From positions 1 through 34,694 of the IMG/VR virus record IMGVR_UViG_3300048598_000499: a DNA stretch of 34,694 bases; one strand, given 5' to 3'. Position 1 is the stretch's first letter; the number at the start of each line of letters is the position of its first letter. Origin of the DNA: a virus. Lineage: Duplodnaviria; Caudoviricetes. The translations under genes and the position numbers were made by a program. Below, piece after piece: positions 33,853-34,694 of this stretch. The notes under the pieces are model-generated. The model was not told where the DNA came from, did no database searches, and saw nothing but the letters and a program-made list of their open reading frames with translations.

Positions 33853-34155
33853 TCACCTTCGTCCGCGCGCCTTCATTTCACTTTTCATGTAGTTTTCAAA
33901 TTTATTTTTTAAATGCGGTTCTGTTACCCTGTCGTTCGGGTGTGCTTCGTTCCAGCCTTCTGCCTGTACGCCCGTGATATCCTTGTACTCGTCCAATGTA
34001 ATTTTGTACCCGCCTGAGGTAACCTGATCCTCGGAGTGCAGATAATCGCCCATCCACTCTTCCCATCCCATTTCATCGGAGAACATATCAAACTCTCCGT
34101 CACTGTAGTCCTTTGCATCTTTTTCACACTGTGCAACCTGCTCATGTCTTGTCAT
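33853..34155 (-). CDS. Hypothetical protein
   Basis: AAGGAG RBS before ATG at 34155; 100 aa. Confidence 0.7.
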   Translation of the reverse strand: MTRHEQVAQCEKDAKDYSDGEFDMFSDEMGWEEWMGDYLHSEDQVTSGGYKITLDEYKDITGVQAEGWNEAHPNDRVTEPHLKNKFENYMKSEMKARGRR

Positions 34156-34195
34156 GTCAGTCTCCTTTATGCCGATTTTCACGCCGCATCAAGTC

Positions 34196-34483
34196 TTATT
34201 CCGACGCCCTCCATACCGCATCCATGACGTCACGCACGAACGCCGCGGGCGAGTCGCCCCGCACGGACTGCTTCTCGCGGACTCCCGTGCCGTTCATTAT
34301 TGCGACGGATACGATGTGTCCGTCCTCCTGCCTGTTCTCAAGGCGGAGCCCCTGCGGCCCGTACAGCAGGGAGACAATCGTATCCAGGTACGTGTAAAGG
34401 GCGCGTATCTGCTGCTGCTCGCACTGAGACTCGCGCATCACTCTGTCTTTCTGCTCGATTTCTTCCGGTGTTGTTTCAGACAT
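34196..34483 (-). CDS. Hypothetical protein
   Basis: MSETTPEEIEQK...VRGDSPAAFVRDVMDAV; start uncertain (no clear RBS). Confidence 0.6.
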   Translation of the reverse strand: MSETTPEEIEQKDRVMRESQCEQQQIRALYTYLDTIVSLLYGPQGLRLENRQEDGHIVSVAIMNGTGVREKQSVRGDSPAAFVRDVMDAVWRASE

Positions 34484-34694
34484 GAGCTTTCCAGCATGCT
34501 TCTTCCAAAAAACTGAAGCCAAGGAATTTGTTTGCATGAAGAATTTCGTGAACTGCAATAAGCAGAATCCCGGCTGTTATGCCGTAAAACAGGAATACGA
34601 TCTCAGCAAAAATTTTCTTTATCGTTTTCATTGCATTGCCCCCAACAGCAACCCCCGCGAAAGGCGGGTTAAATATGTAATCACCTATTGGTGA

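Noticed and set aside
2129-34516. Numerous long plus-strand ORFs (e.g. 4081..5385, 6763..7995, 21614..22564, 29652..30980)
   Set aside because: They overlap well-supported minus-strand genes, lack motifs, and are expected shadows in GC-rich coding DNA.
1-34694. Integrase/IntI, repressor and lysis genes
   Set aside because: No tyrosine or serine recombinase, CI-type repressor or endolysin motifs were recognised. They are presumably outside the window, so lifestyle is not established.
34681-34694. Operator-like inverted repeat TCACC-TATT-GGTGA
   Set aside because: Only 5-bp arms, at the window edge, with no convincing second copy.

Overview
A 34.7-kb segment of a tailed phage or prophage. Almost all genes are on the minus strand, so it reads right to left. 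Order: early/regulatory genes (two excisionase-like HTH proteins, structured intergenic regions), ParB-like protein, wHTH ORF, replication initiator-like protein, terS, terL, a ~3.4-kb accessory region, portal, Bbp19-like protein, a Tad2/DUF2829 fusion, scaffold, major capsid, cement protein, tail tubular A and B, three ejection proteins (including a 2799-aa polyvalent protein), tail fibre, an opposite-strand low-GC lipoprotein moron, and a truncated Ser/Ala-repeat fibre. The structural gene order is BPP-1/T7-like (podovirus). A spirochaete (Treponema-like) host is inferred from the lipobox style and is not proven. The most striking signal is an integron-type cassette array (25076-26336) that begins at the terL stop codon. 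It has six attC-like sites plus a half site separating small phage-type genes, and there is no integrase in the window. Other notable signals are a probable -1 programmed frameshift joining the ParB-like ORF to a wHTH domain, a tRNA-like RNA with an anti-Shine-Dalgarno loop, and an apparently co-acquired low-GC tail-tip plus lipoprotein module. All family calls come from motif recognition by eye; no database search or folding program was run.
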